Positions 8,333-18,383 of a stretch of DNA of 32,923 nt are shown one piece after another. The DNA lies in assembly GCA_043737505.1 (NCBI GenBank), contig JAYTAM010000266.1, forward strand, positions 1 through 32,923. Direction: 5' to 3'. The position numbers were made by a program, and so were the translations under genes. The stretch comes from Thermoanaerobaculia bacterium (lineage in GTDB: Bacteria > Acidobacteriota > Thermoanaerobaculia > Multivoradales > JAGPDF01). Position 1 is the stretch's first letter. The number at the start of each line of letters is the position of its first letter. Under the pieces are notes generated by a model that saw only the letters and a list, made by a program, of their open reading frames with translations, was not told the origin of the DNA and ran no database searches.

Positions 8333-11300
8333 ATGGATGGCTGTCTGCCGGTGCTGGCCGTACTGGGTTTCATCTGCGTTGCCGCCTTTCTGCTGCGATT
8401 CTCCGGAAAGATCTCGGCGCTCGAGACCTGGGCGAACGAAACCAACGCCTGGCAGACGAGTGTCCTGGCCAAGCTGAAGGCACTCGAGGCCGAGGTCGCC
8501 CGTCTGCGCGAGGCCGCGGCGAAGCCGGCCGCGATCCTCGGCGCGGCGACGACAACCGTCGAAGCTCCGCCGATCTCCGCCGCACCGTCTCCCTCAGCCA
8601 GCTCGCCTGCGCTCGCAACGGCCGTTCCGCCCGCCGCGCCGCCAGCGGTGCCGGCCATGCCGCCAAGACCCGCCGCGCCGCTCGCTCGCGCCGCAGCTCC
8701 GCCGGCGCCGCCGAAGCCCGCTTCGCCGAGTCCGCCGTTTGCGAGCGGTGCCGCTGCGCAGCAAGCGGCGGCCAAGCCGCCGTTTGACTGGGAGGCGCTC
8801 GTCGGCGTGCGTCTGTTCTCGTGGATCGCCGGTGTCGCGCTGGTTCTCGCCGCGCTCTTCTTCCTCCGCTACTCGGTCGAGCAGGGCTGGCTCGGACCGG
8901 CGGTGCGCATGGCGATGGGTATCGCCACCGGTGTGGCGCTGCTCGTCGTCTGTGAGCTCAAGGCGGCGCGGCGGTACGCCGTCACCGCGAACGCCATGGA
9001 TGCCGCCGGCATCGCCATCCTCTTCGCTTCGTTCTACGCCGGGCACGCGCTCTGGCACCTCATCGGCGCCGCCCTGACCTTCGCCCTGCTCGCTCTGGTG
9101 GCGGCGGTCGCCGTCCTGCTCGCGATTCGCCGCGACTCGATCTTCATTGCGCTGCTCGGCCTGCTCGGCGGCTTCGCCACACCGGCGCTCCTCGCCACTG
9201 GCGAAGATCGACCGATCGGGCTGTTTACCTATCTCCTGCTGCTCAACGTCGGACTCACCTGGGTCGCCTATCGCAAGCGCTGGGCGGTGCTGCAGACGCT
9301 GGCGCTGGCCTTCACCGCGATCTACCAGGTCGGCTGGGCGGCGAAGTTCCTGACCGAGGCGAAGCTGCCGCTGGCGCTCGGAATCTTCGCCCTGTTCTCG
9401 CTGGTCGCCTTCGTCGCCCTGCTGGTGGCCGAGCGCGGGCGAAAGCGAGCGGCCGGGGCGTCCGACGCGGTTCGCCGTGCGAGCGACGACGACGAACCGA
9501 CGCTCTTCGAAGGGGCGACCTACCTGAGCGCCGGCGTGCCCCTGCTCTTCGCCGCCTATTTCGCCGCGGTGCCGGCTTACGGCGCGCACGCCGGCCTTCT
9601 CTTCGGCTTCCTCGCCCTGCTCGTCGCCGGGCTGTTCACCATCGCGACCTTTCGCGGGCCGGAAATGCTGCACCTGCTGGGCGGCGGAACGGCGATGCTG
9701 GTCGTCGGTCTCTGGCTCGGGCGCTCGTACAGCAGCAGCTTCTGGCCGCTGGTGCTCCTCCCGCTCGCCGGTTTCGCCGCCTTCTTCCTCGTTTCGCCGC
9801 TTCTGGCGCGGGCACTCGGGCGCCCGTTCTCCGGCTCCGGGCGGGCCGGCGCGCTCGCCGGCGCGGCGCTCCTCTTCGGCTTTCCGATGCTGCTCGCGCG
9901 CGAGCCGGCGACCGCCGATCCGCTGCTCGCGTTCGGGGTACTGCTCGGTCTGCTGTGCCTCGCCGCCTGGGCGGCGATCGCGCTCGAGGAGGGCCGGGTC
10001 TATCTCGTCGCCGCCTTCTTCGGCATCGCCAGCGAGGCCGTCTGGTCGGCGCTGCGGCTCACGCCGGAGCGCCGGCTCGAGGCTTACGCGCTCTACGGAG
10101 GTCTGGCGCTGTTCTATCTCGGCGTGCCGTTTCTCGCTCGGCGGCGCGGTAGGCGCCTGGCCCCCGAAGGGGGCGGAGCGCTACTGATGTTCGCCAGTAT
10201 CCTGCTGCTCTTCTTCCTCGCCAGCGGCCCGACCGCGTCTGGAAATCTCGTGGGGCTCACCCTCCTGCTGGCGCTGCTGAACCTCGGGCTCTTCCTCGAA
10301 GGGCGCGGCGGGCGGATGCCGCTCGTCGCCGTCGTCGGGTCGGTGGTGTCGTGGCTCGTGCTCGCCAAATGGTGGAGCGCGGTGCCGCTTGCGGAGCACG
10401 CCGTCGGCGCGCTTGCCGCGGTCGGCGGCTTCGGCGTGCTCACCGTCGTCGGCAGCGCAGTCCTCCTGGCGCGCCGCGCCACGGCGGAGCGCGGCGACGA
10501 AGCGCTCGGCATCCCCGACCAGGCGATCTGGGTCGGGCTGGTGGGCCACGCCTTCCTGCTCTTCGCCGCCAGCCGGACGGAGCTCTCGCTGCCGCCCTGG
10601 CCGCTCTTGGCCATCCTCGTGTTGCTCGACATCGCGCTGGCTCTGGCCGCGCTCAAGGCGAGGCGGGGACCGCTGCTCCTGGGAGCGCTCGCCGCCTCGC
10701 AGGCAGTCCTCGGCGTCTGGCTGGGCAGCGTGGACGGCGCCCCCTGGCCGCTCGTCGCCTTCGCCTCCGCGATCGGCATCGCCGCGCTCGGGCTCGGGGC
10801 GCTCGCGCTCGCGCCGCGTCTCGCCCAGGCGAACGAGACGACCGAACGCTTCGCGGTCGCAGCGGCGGTCGGTCTGTTCGGCGCCCAGGCGGTGGCGATC
10901 CTCGCGACACTGTCGGCCGGCGCGCCGGGGTTCCTCTGGCTCGCCGCCGGGACGGTCGCGCTGCTGGTCGCCGAACTCCGGCTGGGCGCCCGGCGCGACT
11001 GGGAAGGGCTCGCTCTCCTAGCCGTGGTGCCCGCCGTAGCGGCCGCTGCGGCCTTCGGGCGATTGCGCGCTCCGACCGATGTCGATCCCGGGGTGGTGCT
11101 CTGGTGGCAGAACCTTCAGTTCTCCTCTCTCTGGTGGCAGAACCTGCTCTTCGCGGCGCTCGTCTGGCTGCCGTTCCTCGGCGATGCGCTCGCGGTGGAC
11201 CTGCGCTCGCGCCGTGCGAACCGCTCGTTTCTCGCCGTGGTGCTGGCTGGCGGGGGCCTCTTCGTGGTCGCCCGCGAGGCGATGCTGCGCGGAGGGCTCG

Positions 11301-12160
11301 GTGGAGTGATCGGCATCCTGCCGGTCGTGCAGGCGCTGCTGCTCGCACCGCTCCTGGTGCGTCTCGTACGCCGCACCAGCTTCGCCGACATCCGGCAGCG
11401 GCAGAGCGGCGACGAGAGCGGGCGGCTGGCCCTGGTCGCCGGGGCGATGCTCGCTTTCGTCACGGTCGCCATTCCGATGCAGCTCGAGAAGCAGTGGATC
11501 ACGCTGGGCTGGGCGCTCCTGGGGGCGGCCCTCGCCTGGCTGCATCGCCGCGTACCGCATCCCGGGCCCGTCCTCTGGGCGGTCGCTCTCGAGCTTGCGG
11601 CCTTCGTGCGCCTGGCGTTGAACCCGGCGGTCCTCGCGTACCATCCGCGCCAGGGACCGCCGGTCCTCAACTGGTTCCTCTACTCCTATCTCGTGACGGC
11701 GCTCGCCATGTTCGCCGCCGCCTGGTGGCTGCGCGAGGCGCGCGTCGAAGGGTCGCCGTTCAAGATCGCGCCGGGCCTCGCCACCGGCGGAACGATCCTC
11801 CTCTTCCTGCTGTTGAACATCGAGATCGCCGACTTCTTCTCGACCGGCGAAACGCTGACGTTCGGATTCCTCGGCGGCAGGGCGGGCCTGCCCGAAGACC
11901 TCGCCTACACGATCGGCTGGGCGCTCTTCGCCATCGCCCTCCTCGTCGCCGGCCTTGTCGGCCGCCAGAAATCGGTGCGGATCTGCGCCATCGCGCTGCT
12001 AGCAGTGACCGTGATCAAGGCGTTCCTGCACGACACCTGGCGGCTCGGCGGCCTCTACAGGGTCGGCTCGCTCGTCGGGCTCGCGGTGAGTCTGGCGCTG
12101 GTTGCGCTGGTGCTGCAGAAGTTCGTCTTCCGCGCCGGCCTCGAAGAGCGCGAGAAGTAG
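8333..12160 (+). CDS. DUF2339-family large polytopic membrane protein
   Basis: N-terminal helix, coiled coil and Pro/Ala linker, then DWEALVGVRLFSWIAG, GGFATPALL and a C-terminal K.FL.D...L.GLYRV. About 30 hydrophobic segments. Confidence 0.82.
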   Translation: MDGCLPVLAVLGFICVAAFLLRFSGKISALETWANETNAWQTSVLAKLKALEAEVARLREAAAKPAAILGAATTTVEAPPISAAPSPSASSPALATAVPPAAPPAVPAMPPRPAAPLARAAAPPAPPKPASPSPPFASGAAAQQAAAKPPFDWEALVGVRLFSWIAGVALVLAALFFLRYSVEQGWLGPAVRMAMGIATGVALLVVCELKAARRYAVTANAMDAAGIAILFASFYAGHALWHLIGAALTFALLALVAAVAVLLAIRRDSIFIALLGLLGGFATPALLATGEDRPIGLFTYLLLLNVGLTWVAYRKRWAVLQTLALAFTAIYQVGWAAKFLTEAKLPLALGIFALFSLVAFVALLVAERGRKRAAGASDAVRRASDDDEPTLFEGATYLSAGVPLLFAAYFAAVPAYGAHAGLLFGFLALLVAGLFTIATFRGPEMLHLLGGGTAMLVVGLWLGRSYSSSFWPLVLLPLAGFAAFFLVSPLLARALGRPFSGSGRAGALAGAALLFGFPMLLAREPATADPLLAFGVLLGLLCLAAWAAIALEEGRVYLVAAFFGIASEAVWSALRLTPERRLEAYALYGGLALFYLGVPFLARRRGRRLAPEGGGALLMFASILLLFFLASGPTASGNLVGLTLLLALLNLGLFLEGRGGRMPLVAVVGSVVSWLVLAKWWSAVPLAEHAVGALAAVGGFGVLTVVGSAVLLARRATAERGDEALGIPDQAIWVGLVGHAFLLFAASRTELSLPPWPLLAILVLLDIALALAALKARRGPLLLGALAASQAVLGVWLGSVDGAPWPLVAFASAIGIAALGLGALALAPRLAQANETTERFAVAAAVGLFGAQAVAILATLSAGAPGFLWLAAGTVALLVAELRLGARRDWEGLALLAVVPAVAAAAAFGRLRAPTDVDPGVVLWWQNLQFSSLWWQNLLFAALVWLPFLGDALAVDLRSRRANRSFLAVVLAGGGLFVVAREAMLRGGLGGVIGILPVVQALLLAPLLVRLVRRTSFADIRQRQSGDESGRLALVAGAMLAFVTVAIPMQLEKQWITLGWALLGAALAWLHRRVPHPGPVLWAVALELAAFVRLALNPAVLAYHPRQGPPVLNWFLYSYLVTALAMFAAAWWLREARVEGSPFKIAPGLATGGTILLFLLLNIEIADFFSTGETLTFGFLGGRAGLPEDLAYTIGWALFAIALLVAGLVGRQKSVRICAIALLAVTVIKAFLHDTWRLGGLYRVGSLVGLAVSLALVALVLQKFVFRAGLEEREK
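11099..11145 (+). repeat. 17-bp direct repeat at 30-bp period (CTCTGGTGGCAGAACCT; LWWQNL twice)
   Basis: Exact copies at 11099-11115 and 11129-11145, both in frame. Confidence 0.85.
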
Positions 12161-12161
12161 C

Positions 12162-14318
12162 GTGCGCTGCCGCAACGCCAAGGGCTACTTGCTTCTCGCC
12201 GTCGGGCTCGCTGCCGGCGCTGTAGCGCGACCGGCTGGCGCGGCCGGCGACGGGTTCGCGTACGAGCGTGGGCTGCAACCGGGAGGCCGCGGGCCGAATC
12301 GGATCGCGCTCGACGAGCCGATGCTCACGCGCGCCATGCCGGTGCGTTACGCGGCCGGCTCCGCCCATGCCGCCGATGCCGCAGACGCCGCGCCGATCGG
12401 CGGACTCGAAGATCTGCGGCTCTTCGACGGCGCCGGTCGGGAGCTGCCGTATCTCCTCATGCTGCCGGCCGCGGCGCGCGAGCGCAGCCTGGAGGGGGCG
12501 CTCCTCGAGATCCCCCTTTCGAAGAGCGAGAGCGGGTTCGAAGCCGACCTGGGACAGGTCGAAAACGTCGATCGTCTGACCCTGCAGGGGCTTCCCTCAC
12601 CGCTTCTCAAGCGCTACAGGTTGGAAGGAAGCGGCGACCGCAAACACTGGGTCACGTTGATCGCCGAGGGAACACTCTTCGATCTGCCGGCGGAGGGGCT
12701 GCGGCTCCTGGCGGCAGATTTTCCCGCCGGCGCCTATCGCTATCTGCGCTGGACCTGGAACGATGCCTCCAGCGGGCGGGTGGCGCCGCCCACGTCGGCG
12801 CGCGCACGGCTGCTCGAACGCGCCGAACCGCCGCAGCCGACGACCGTTCGCCTGGAGGTAACGCGCCGTCCGAGCGAGCCGCGCGTCAGCCGGTTCCATC
12901 TGCGCCTGCCGGGTCGCGGCCTGCCGGTCGCGGCGCTGCTGCTCGAGGTCGGCCCCGGCGACCTGCTCCGTCGCGCCCGGGTCAGCGAACCGCGCCTCGT
13001 TGGCGCTGGGGGCTCCGGCGCCAGTGGCTCCAGTGGCTCCATTGGCTCCAGTGCCTCCGGCACCGTCGAGCCGGCGCCGCTCGGCGAGGCGGTGCTGCGG
13101 CGCTCCTCGCACGCCGGAGAGGTGGCAGCGGCGCTCACCATCGCGATCGAACCGCCACGCGAGACCGGTCTCGACCTCACCGTCGAGGACGGCGACAGCG
13201 GTTCGCTGCGCCTCGACGGGGTCGTTGCGCGCCTGCGGCCGCTGCCGTGGATCTACTTCGAGAGTCCCGACGGCGGGCCGGTCACGGCACGTTACGGCAG
13301 GCCTGGCGCAGCGGGACCCCGCTACGATCTCGAGGCGTCGCGCAGCGCTGCGGCGGTCGGGGTCGCCGCCTCCGCCCGCTGGGGTGAGCCCAGGATCACG
13401 AGCGGCGCGCAGCCGACAGCCCCGGGCGCCGCGGCGACACTCGGGACGCCCCAGCCGCCCGCAGGGGGGGCGCTGGCCACGGCCGGTTTCCGCTACGTGC
13501 GGAGGCTCGCGACGGTCGGCGAAGGACTGCAGCAGCTGCCGCTCGATGCGGCCGTGCTGGCGCATGCGCACGCGCTGGCCGATCTGCGGCTGGCGACAGC
13601 CGAAGATCGCCAGGTGCCGTATCTGCTCGAACGCCGCGCCGAGCCGCTGGAGCTCCGGCTCGAAATCCGGCCCGCAATGGCGCCCGCTCCGGCCACCGGC
13701 GGGAGCGGCGATGCTCCGGCCGGGAGGACGATTTCGCGCTACACGATCCAGCTCCCGGTCGCTGGGCTTCCGGAGTCGCGTCTCGCGATCCTGACCTCGG
13801 CGCGAGTCTTCGCGCGCGACGTCGTGGTGCGCACGGCAACTGCCAATCGAGCGACGGGCGCTGAGCGCTGGGCGACCGTGGCGCATCTCGCCTGGCGCCA
13901 CGCCGATCCCGAGCGCGAAGCGCCCGAGCTGGCGATCGATCTGCCGGCCCTCACCAGCGACCGGCTTCTTCTGGAAGTGGAGGAGGGAGACAACAGCCCG
14001 CTGCCGCTGGCGGGTGCCCGCCTCCTGCTGCCGTCGTGGCAGCTGCGCTTCTTCGGCACCGGGCAGGCGCTGCGCCTTCTCTACGGCGATTCCCGGCTCG
14101 CACCGCCCCGCTACGACCTGGCGCTGCTCGCGCCGCGCCTGGTCGGCGTCGAGGGCAGCGAGCTCGCTTTGCCGGAAGAGCAGAGGCTTTCGGCCGCAGT
14201 GGAGGCCGTGCGCTCGGGGATGTGGTTCTGGCTCGGGCTGGCCGGAGCGGTGCTCGTGCTTCTGGCCCTGCTGGTCCGCCTCTTGCGCGGCGAGCCGCCA
14301 GCGGCTGCGGCCTCGTAG
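12162..14318 (+). CDS. DUF3999-like exported protein with C-terminal membrane anchor, internally duplicated
   Basis: Signal-peptide-like N-terminus. Two copies each of DLRL...PYLL, (D/E)GD...L and PRYDL, then a C-terminal TM helix. It starts 1 nt after the DUF2339 stop, and this pairing is a recurring one. Confidence 0.7.
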   Translation: MRCRNAKGYLLLAVGLAAGAVARPAGAAGDGFAYERGLQPGGRGPNRIALDEPMLTRAMPVRYAAGSAHAADAADAAPIGGLEDLRLFDGAGRELPYLLMLPAAARERSLEGALLEIPLSKSESGFEADLGQVENVDRLTLQGLPSPLLKRYRLEGSGDRKHWVTLIAEGTLFDLPAEGLRLLAADFPAGAYRYLRWTWNDASSGRVAPPTSARARLLERAEPPQPTTVRLEVTRRPSEPRVSRFHLRLPGRGLPVAALLLEVGPGDLLRRARVSEPRLVGAGGSGASGSSGSIGSSASGTVEPAPLGEAVLRRSSHAGEVAAALTIAIEPPRETGLDLTVEDGDSGSLRLDGVVARLRPLPWIYFESPDGGPVTARYGRPGAAGPRYDLEASRSAAAVGVAASARWGEPRITSGAQPTAPGAAATLGTPQPPAGGALATAGFRYVRRLATVGEGLQQLPLDAAVLAHAHALADLRLATAEDRQVPYLLERRAEPLELRLEIRPAMAPAPATGGSGDAPAGRTISRYTIQLPVAGLPESRLAILTSARVFARDVVVRTATANRATGAERWATVAHLAWRHADPEREAPELAIDLPALTSDRLLLEVEEGDNSPLPLAGARLLLPSWQLRFFGTGQALRLLYGDSRLAPPRYDLALLAPRLVGVEGSELALPEEQRLSAAVEAVRSGMWFWLGLAGAVLVLLALLVRLLRGEPPAAAAS
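13017..13058 (+). repeat. 9-bp tandem micro-repeat (consensus GGCTCCAGT) encoding a Gly/Ser insert
   Basis: GGCGCCAGT GGCTCCAGT GGCTCCATT GGCTCCAGT GCCTCC. Confidence 0.8.
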
Positions 14319-14332
14319 CTCCCGCGCCGTCC

Positions 14333-14647
14333 CTATCCCCCGGCGATGGCGCCGACGACGAGGAGGGGTTCGGTGCCCGCGGCGATCGCCGCCGGGAGCG
14401 GCAGGTCGGTCGGCTCGTTGGAGAGGTCCTCCATGCAGGCGAAGAAGCGCAGGAAGGGGCGGCGACGGCGGCTGTCGTGATCCCGGATGGTGCCGCGCAG
14501 TACCGGAAATCGAGCCTCGAGGCTGTCGAGCACCGAGTCGACGGTGACCGGTTCAGCGACCACGAGCTCGACCTCGCCGCCCACCTTCGCCAGAGTGCGC
14601 AAGTGGGCGGGGATGGCGACCCGGACTTTTCGCTCGACCCCGTTCAC
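14333..14647 (-). CDS. MoaD/ThiS-family ubiquitin-like (beta-grasp) protein
   Basis: V.IP..LR, LEARFP.L and C-terminal GAIAGG di-glycine. 104 aa, with the start overlapping the upstream stop. Confidence 0.85.
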   Translation of the reverse strand: MNGVERKVRVAIPAHLRTLAKVGGEVELVVAEPVTVDSVLDSLEARFPVLRGTIRDHDSRRRRPFLRFFACMEDLSNEPTDLPLPAAIAAGTEPLLVVGAIAGG

Positions 14648-15759
14648 GGCAGCGTCTGGACTTCGACCGAGAGCACCGCCGGCAGATCGCGGGCGATCGC
14701 CGTCCAGTGGTCGCCGGAATCGGCGGAGGCATAGACCTGTCCGCCGGTGGTGCCGAAATAGATGCCACAGCTGTCGAGCTGGTCGACCGCCATCGCCTCG
14801 CGTAGCACGTTGACGTAGCAGTCACGCTGCGGCAGGCCCTGGGTGAGCGCCTCCCACTCGTTGCCGCCGCTGCGGCTACGGTAGACGCGGAGCTTGCCCT
14901 CCGGAGGGTAGTGCAGCGAATCGCTCTCGATCGGCACGACGTAGATCGTCTCTGGCTCGTGGGCATGGACGTCGATCGGGAAGCCGAAGTCGCTCGGCAG
15001 GTTGCCGCTCACCTCGCGCCAGGAGCCGCCGCCGTCGTCGCTCCGCATGACGTCCCAGTGCTTCTGCATGAACAGAACCTCCGGCCGTGTCGGATGCATG
15101 GCGATGCGGTGCACGCAGTGGCCGACCTCCGCCGTCGGATCGGGCATGAACTCCGACTTCAGGCCCCGGTTCATCGGCCGCCAGGTCGCCCCGGCGTCGT
15201 CGCTCCGGAAGACCCCGGCGGCGGAGATGGCGATGTGGATCCGGCCGGGGTTCTGCCGGTCGAGAAGGATGGTGTGCAGGCCCATTCCGCCGGCACCAGG
15301 TTGCCATCGCGGACCGGAGTCGTGGCAACGGAGGCCCTCGAGCTCGGTCCAGCTCCTGCCGCCATCTCGGGTGCGAAAGATGGCGGCGTCCTCGACACCG
15401 GCGTAGACGGTATCGGGGTCGTCGAGCGAGGGCTCGAGATGCCAGACGCGCTTGAATTCCCACGGATGCTGCGTGCCGTCGTACCAGAGGTGGGTCCCGG
15501 GGGTGCCGGCGTATCTGAACTTGTTGTCGACCGCGTCCCAGGTCTTGCCGCCGTCGTCCGAGCGCTGAATCATCTGCCCGAACCAGCCGCTCGACTGCGA
15601 AGCGTAGAGACGATTCGGGTCGGCCGGCGAACCCTTGAGATGGTAGATCTCCCAGCCGCCGAAGAAGGGACCGGAGACCTCCCACTTGTCGCGCGTGCCA
15701 TCGGACGTCAGCACGAATGCGCCCTTCTTCGTCCCCACCAGCACCCGCACTCCGCTCAT
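14644..15759 (-). CDS. BNR/Asp-box beta-propeller protein (sialidase-like / WD40-YVTN), no signal peptide
   Basis: Repeated S.D.G..W Asp-boxes ([43 protein letters not shown]). Start [13 protein letters not shown] at 15759 with a purine-rich RBS. Confidence 0.88.
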   Translation of the reverse strand: MSGVRVLVGTKKGAFVLTSDGTRDKWEVSGPFFGGWEIYHLKGSPADPNRLYASQSSGWFGQMIQRSDDGGKTWDAVDNKFRYAGTPGTHLWYDGTQHPWEFKRVWHLEPSLDDPDTVYAGVEDAAIFRTRDGGRSWTELEGLRCHDSGPRWQPGAGGMGLHTILLDRQNPGRIHIAISAAGVFRSDDAGATWRPMNRGLKSEFMPDPTAEVGHCVHRIAMHPTRPEVLFMQKHWDVMRSDDGGGSWREVSGNLPSDFGFPIDVHAHEPETIYVVPIESDSLHYPPEGKLRVYRSRSGGNEWEALTQGLPQRDCYVNVLREAMAVDQLDSCGIYFGTTGGQVYASADSGDHWTAIARDLPAVLSVEVQTLP

Positions 15760-15840
15760 GCCGCTCCCTTCCTCTGCTGCCTGGTCGATGTTCCGTTGCG
15801 CATAGTACGAAATCGCCGGTCCCGAGTTCATCTCCCCTCC

Positions 15841-16473
15841 TTACCAGGCGACGGCGACCGTCTCCCGAAGGTGGCGCTTTTCGACCAGCTCGTCGAGCAG
15901 GAACCGGGCGACGTCGGCGCGCGCGATGCGTACGGTCCACAGCGGATTGCCGATACCTTCACCCGCGCGCCACCGGCCGCGCGCCCGCCCGTTCGTGAGC
16001 GCCCCGGGGCGGACGATCGTCCAGTCGAGGCCGCTCGCGCGCACGATCCGCTCCTGCCTCAGCTTGTCCCAGAAGTAGAACTGCAGGATGACCGGGAGGA
16101 CGAAGAGCGTGTAATAGAGGCCCATCCGCCACCAGGAAGCGCCCACGCCGAGCGCGGTCACACCGAGGTATCTCTGCACGCCATGTTGCGCCATCGCTGT
16201 CAGGAGATTCTCGGTGCCGCGGGAGAGGATGCGGGTCGGGATCATCCAGCGCTTGTGGCCGAGGCAGGAAAGGACCGCCTCCTGGCTGGCGACCGCAGCG
16301 TCGACGGCGCCGGGGTCGAGGACATCCCCACCCATCACACGCAGCGCTTCGTGCTGAATGCTGAACTTCTCGGGGCGCCGCACGAGCGCCGTCACCCGGT
16401 GTCCGCGGGCCAGCGCCTGCGCCACCAGCTCCCGGCCCAGCGCTCCACTCGCTCCGACGATCAGAACTCTCAT
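15841..16473 (-). CDS. NAD(P)-binding atypical SDR (BVR-B/flavin reductase-like)
   Basis: GASGALG Rossmann motif, [17 protein letters not shown] and IARADVA. Confidence 0.88.
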   Translation of the reverse strand: MRVLIVGASGALGRELVAQALARGHRVTALVRRPEKFSIQHEALRVMGGDVLDPGAVDAAVASQEAVLSCLGHKRWMIPTRILSRGTENLLTAMAQHGVQRYLGVTALGVGASWWRMGLYYTLFVLPVILQFYFWDKLRQERIVRASGLDWTIVRPGALTNGRARGRWRAGEGIGNPLWTVRIARADVARFLLDELVEKRHLRETVAVAW

Positions 16474-16636
16474 GCCGCGAGCTTACGGAGGAACGGACGC
16501 CCCGGCGTCCGGTTGCCGGTCAACCGCAGCCGGCCACCGGCGAACGGCACGCACCGCCCTCGGTCGGCGCTGGCGGCGGTGGCACGATCCGTGAAGTCCC
16601 TCGTACTCGGAGCGTGGGGGCGCCTGGGCGCCTCCT

Positions 16637-16662
16637 GATTTCGGGAGATCGCTCCCGAAATC
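16637..16662. repeat. Perfect 11-bp inverted repeat GATTTCGGGAG-ATCG-CTCCCGAAATC in a divergent intergenic region
   Basis: Read directly from the sequence. Confidence 0.8.
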
Positions 16663-16703
16663 GAGTTTCTTCCCGCTGTACGCTGGCGAAAAAGGAGTCT
16701 GCC

Positions 16704-18320
16704 GTGGCCGGTTTCAGGAGAAGGCTTGCTGGTAAAGGGTGTGGCTCACGCTACGCCGTCGTGCTCTGCCTTGCGTCGGTGCTTCTGGCTGCGAACAGCG
16801 CATCGGCGCAGACGACAAGCGGGTCTTTTCCCTCGGGGCCGCTCGGCGAGCGCGGGCGGGCGGTGGCGGGAATCTTCAGCGCGGCGTCGCCGGAGGCGCG
16901 GAGCGCGGCGGGGATCGAAGCCGTCGTGGCGGCGCACTGGTCGCGCGCGGCGCTTGCCGAGAGCCCGGCGGTGGAGCGCGCGCAGCGACTCGCTGGAGCG
17001 CTGGACGATCTGGGTCCTGCCGAGCTCGTGAGCGTGGCGCCCCAGGGCGACAACGAGCTTCGGATGGTGCTGCACGCGGCGGCGAAAGGGCTCTGGCTGA
17101 CCCTCGACATGAAGCTCGAGAGCGCGGCTCCGCGCGGCGTCGCGGGGGTGCGGCTCAACTTGAACTCGGAACCGCCCGCTGGCGGTCCGCGCCCCGGCTC
17201 GCCGGGAAACCCGCCGGGTGCCTCACCGGCTCCGGCCGGGCCGCTGCTTTCGCAAAGCGAGGCGCTCGCCCGCGTGGCGGAGCGGGTCGAAACTCTGGTG
17301 GCGAAGGAAGAGTTCTCCGGCGTCGTGCTGCTCGCTCGGGACGGCAAGGTACTGTACGAACGAGCGGCAGGTTTCGCCGACCGCGAGCATAGCGTGGCCA
17401 ATACGGCGTCGACGCTCTTCAACATCGGCTCGATCGGCAAGGCGTTCACCCAGGTGGCGATCGCGCAACTCGCGGCCGCCGGCAAACTCTCTCCCGAGGA
17501 CAAGCTGATCCGCGCCCTGCCCGACTATCCTGACCGCGAGATCGCCGAGCAGGTGACGCTGCAGCAACTCCTGGCGCACCGTTCGGGCCTCGGTGACATC
17601 TTCAACGAGCGCTTCACGCCGGAGGCGCGGGCGAGTCTCCGCACTCTCGCCGACCACCTCCCTCTCTTCACCGGCAAGCCGCTCGAGTTCTCTCCCGGCA
17701 CCGGGCAGCGCTACTCGAACGCCGGCTACGTCGTCCTCGGGCTGGTCGTCGAACGGCTTTCGGGACAGACCTTTCCGGACTACGTCCGCGACCACATCTT
17801 CGCGCCCGCCGGGATGAGCGGTTCGACTTGGCTGCGACGCGACGCGCTCCCTGCCGGAGCGGCCGTAGGCTACACGCGGGATGGATGGCAGGAGGGCCGC
17901 GCAGCCGCCGCGGACGGACGCCCGTCGCCGCGCCCCGCGCCCACGGTTCGTCCGGTCATCGGCCCTCGCCGGTCGAACAGCGGCGACCTACCGGCGATCG
18001 GCAGCTCCGCCGGTGGCAGCTACTCCACGGCGCGCGACCTGCTGGCCTTCGATCGCGCGCTCGCCGCGAACCGGCTGGGAGGGCCCGAGCGCTATGCGCA
18101 GCAGGGAGGACTCGGCGTCGCCGGCGGCACTGTCGGAGCCAATGCGACCTTGGAGAGCGACTGGGAGAGCGGGTGGACAATCATCGTGCTGGCGAACTTC
18201 GACCCTCCCGCTGCCGAGTCCCTGACGCGGGAGCTCCGAGAACTCCTCGCCCGGCTCGCGCCGGAGTCCGCGAACCAAGCCAACTCAGCCAGCGCCACTA
18301 GAGGTAGTCGAAGGCCTTGA
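16704..18320 (+). CDS. Secreted serine hydrolase, beta-lactamase class C-related/AmpH family, with extra N-terminal domain
   Basis: FNIGSIGK (SxxK), LLAHRSG and YSNAGY motifs plus a signal peptide. GTG 16704 follows AAGGAG. Confidence 0.87.
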   Translation: MAGFRRRLAGKGCGSRYAVVLCLASVLLAANSASAQTTSGSFPSGPLGERGRAVAGIFSAASPEARSAAGIEAVVAAHWSRAALAESPAVERAQRLAGALDDLGPAELVSVAPQGDNELRMVLHAAAKGLWLTLDMKLESAAPRGVAGVRLNLNSEPPAGGPRPGSPGNPPGASPAPAGPLLSQSEALARVAERVETLVAKEEFSGVVLLARDGKVLYERAAGFADREHSVANTASTLFNIGSIGKAFTQVAIAQLAAAGKLSPEDKLIRALPDYPDREIAEQVTLQQLLAHRSGLGDIFNERFTPEARASLRTLADHLPLFTGKPLEFSPGTGQRYSNAGYVVLGLVVERLSGQTFPDYVRDHIFAPAGMSGSTWLRRDALPAGAAVGYTRDGWQEGRAAAADGRPSPRPAPTVRPVIGPRRSNSGDLPAIGSSAGGSYSTARDLLAFDRALAANRLGGPERYAQQGGLGVAGGTVGANATLESDWESGWTIIVLANFDPPAAESLTRELRELLARLAPESANQANSASATRGSRRP

Positions 18321-18383
18321 GCTCACGCTGGGCCGGGCGCAGCGAGCGTCCGGCGAACTGTCCGGGGGAGAACGGCACGCCGG

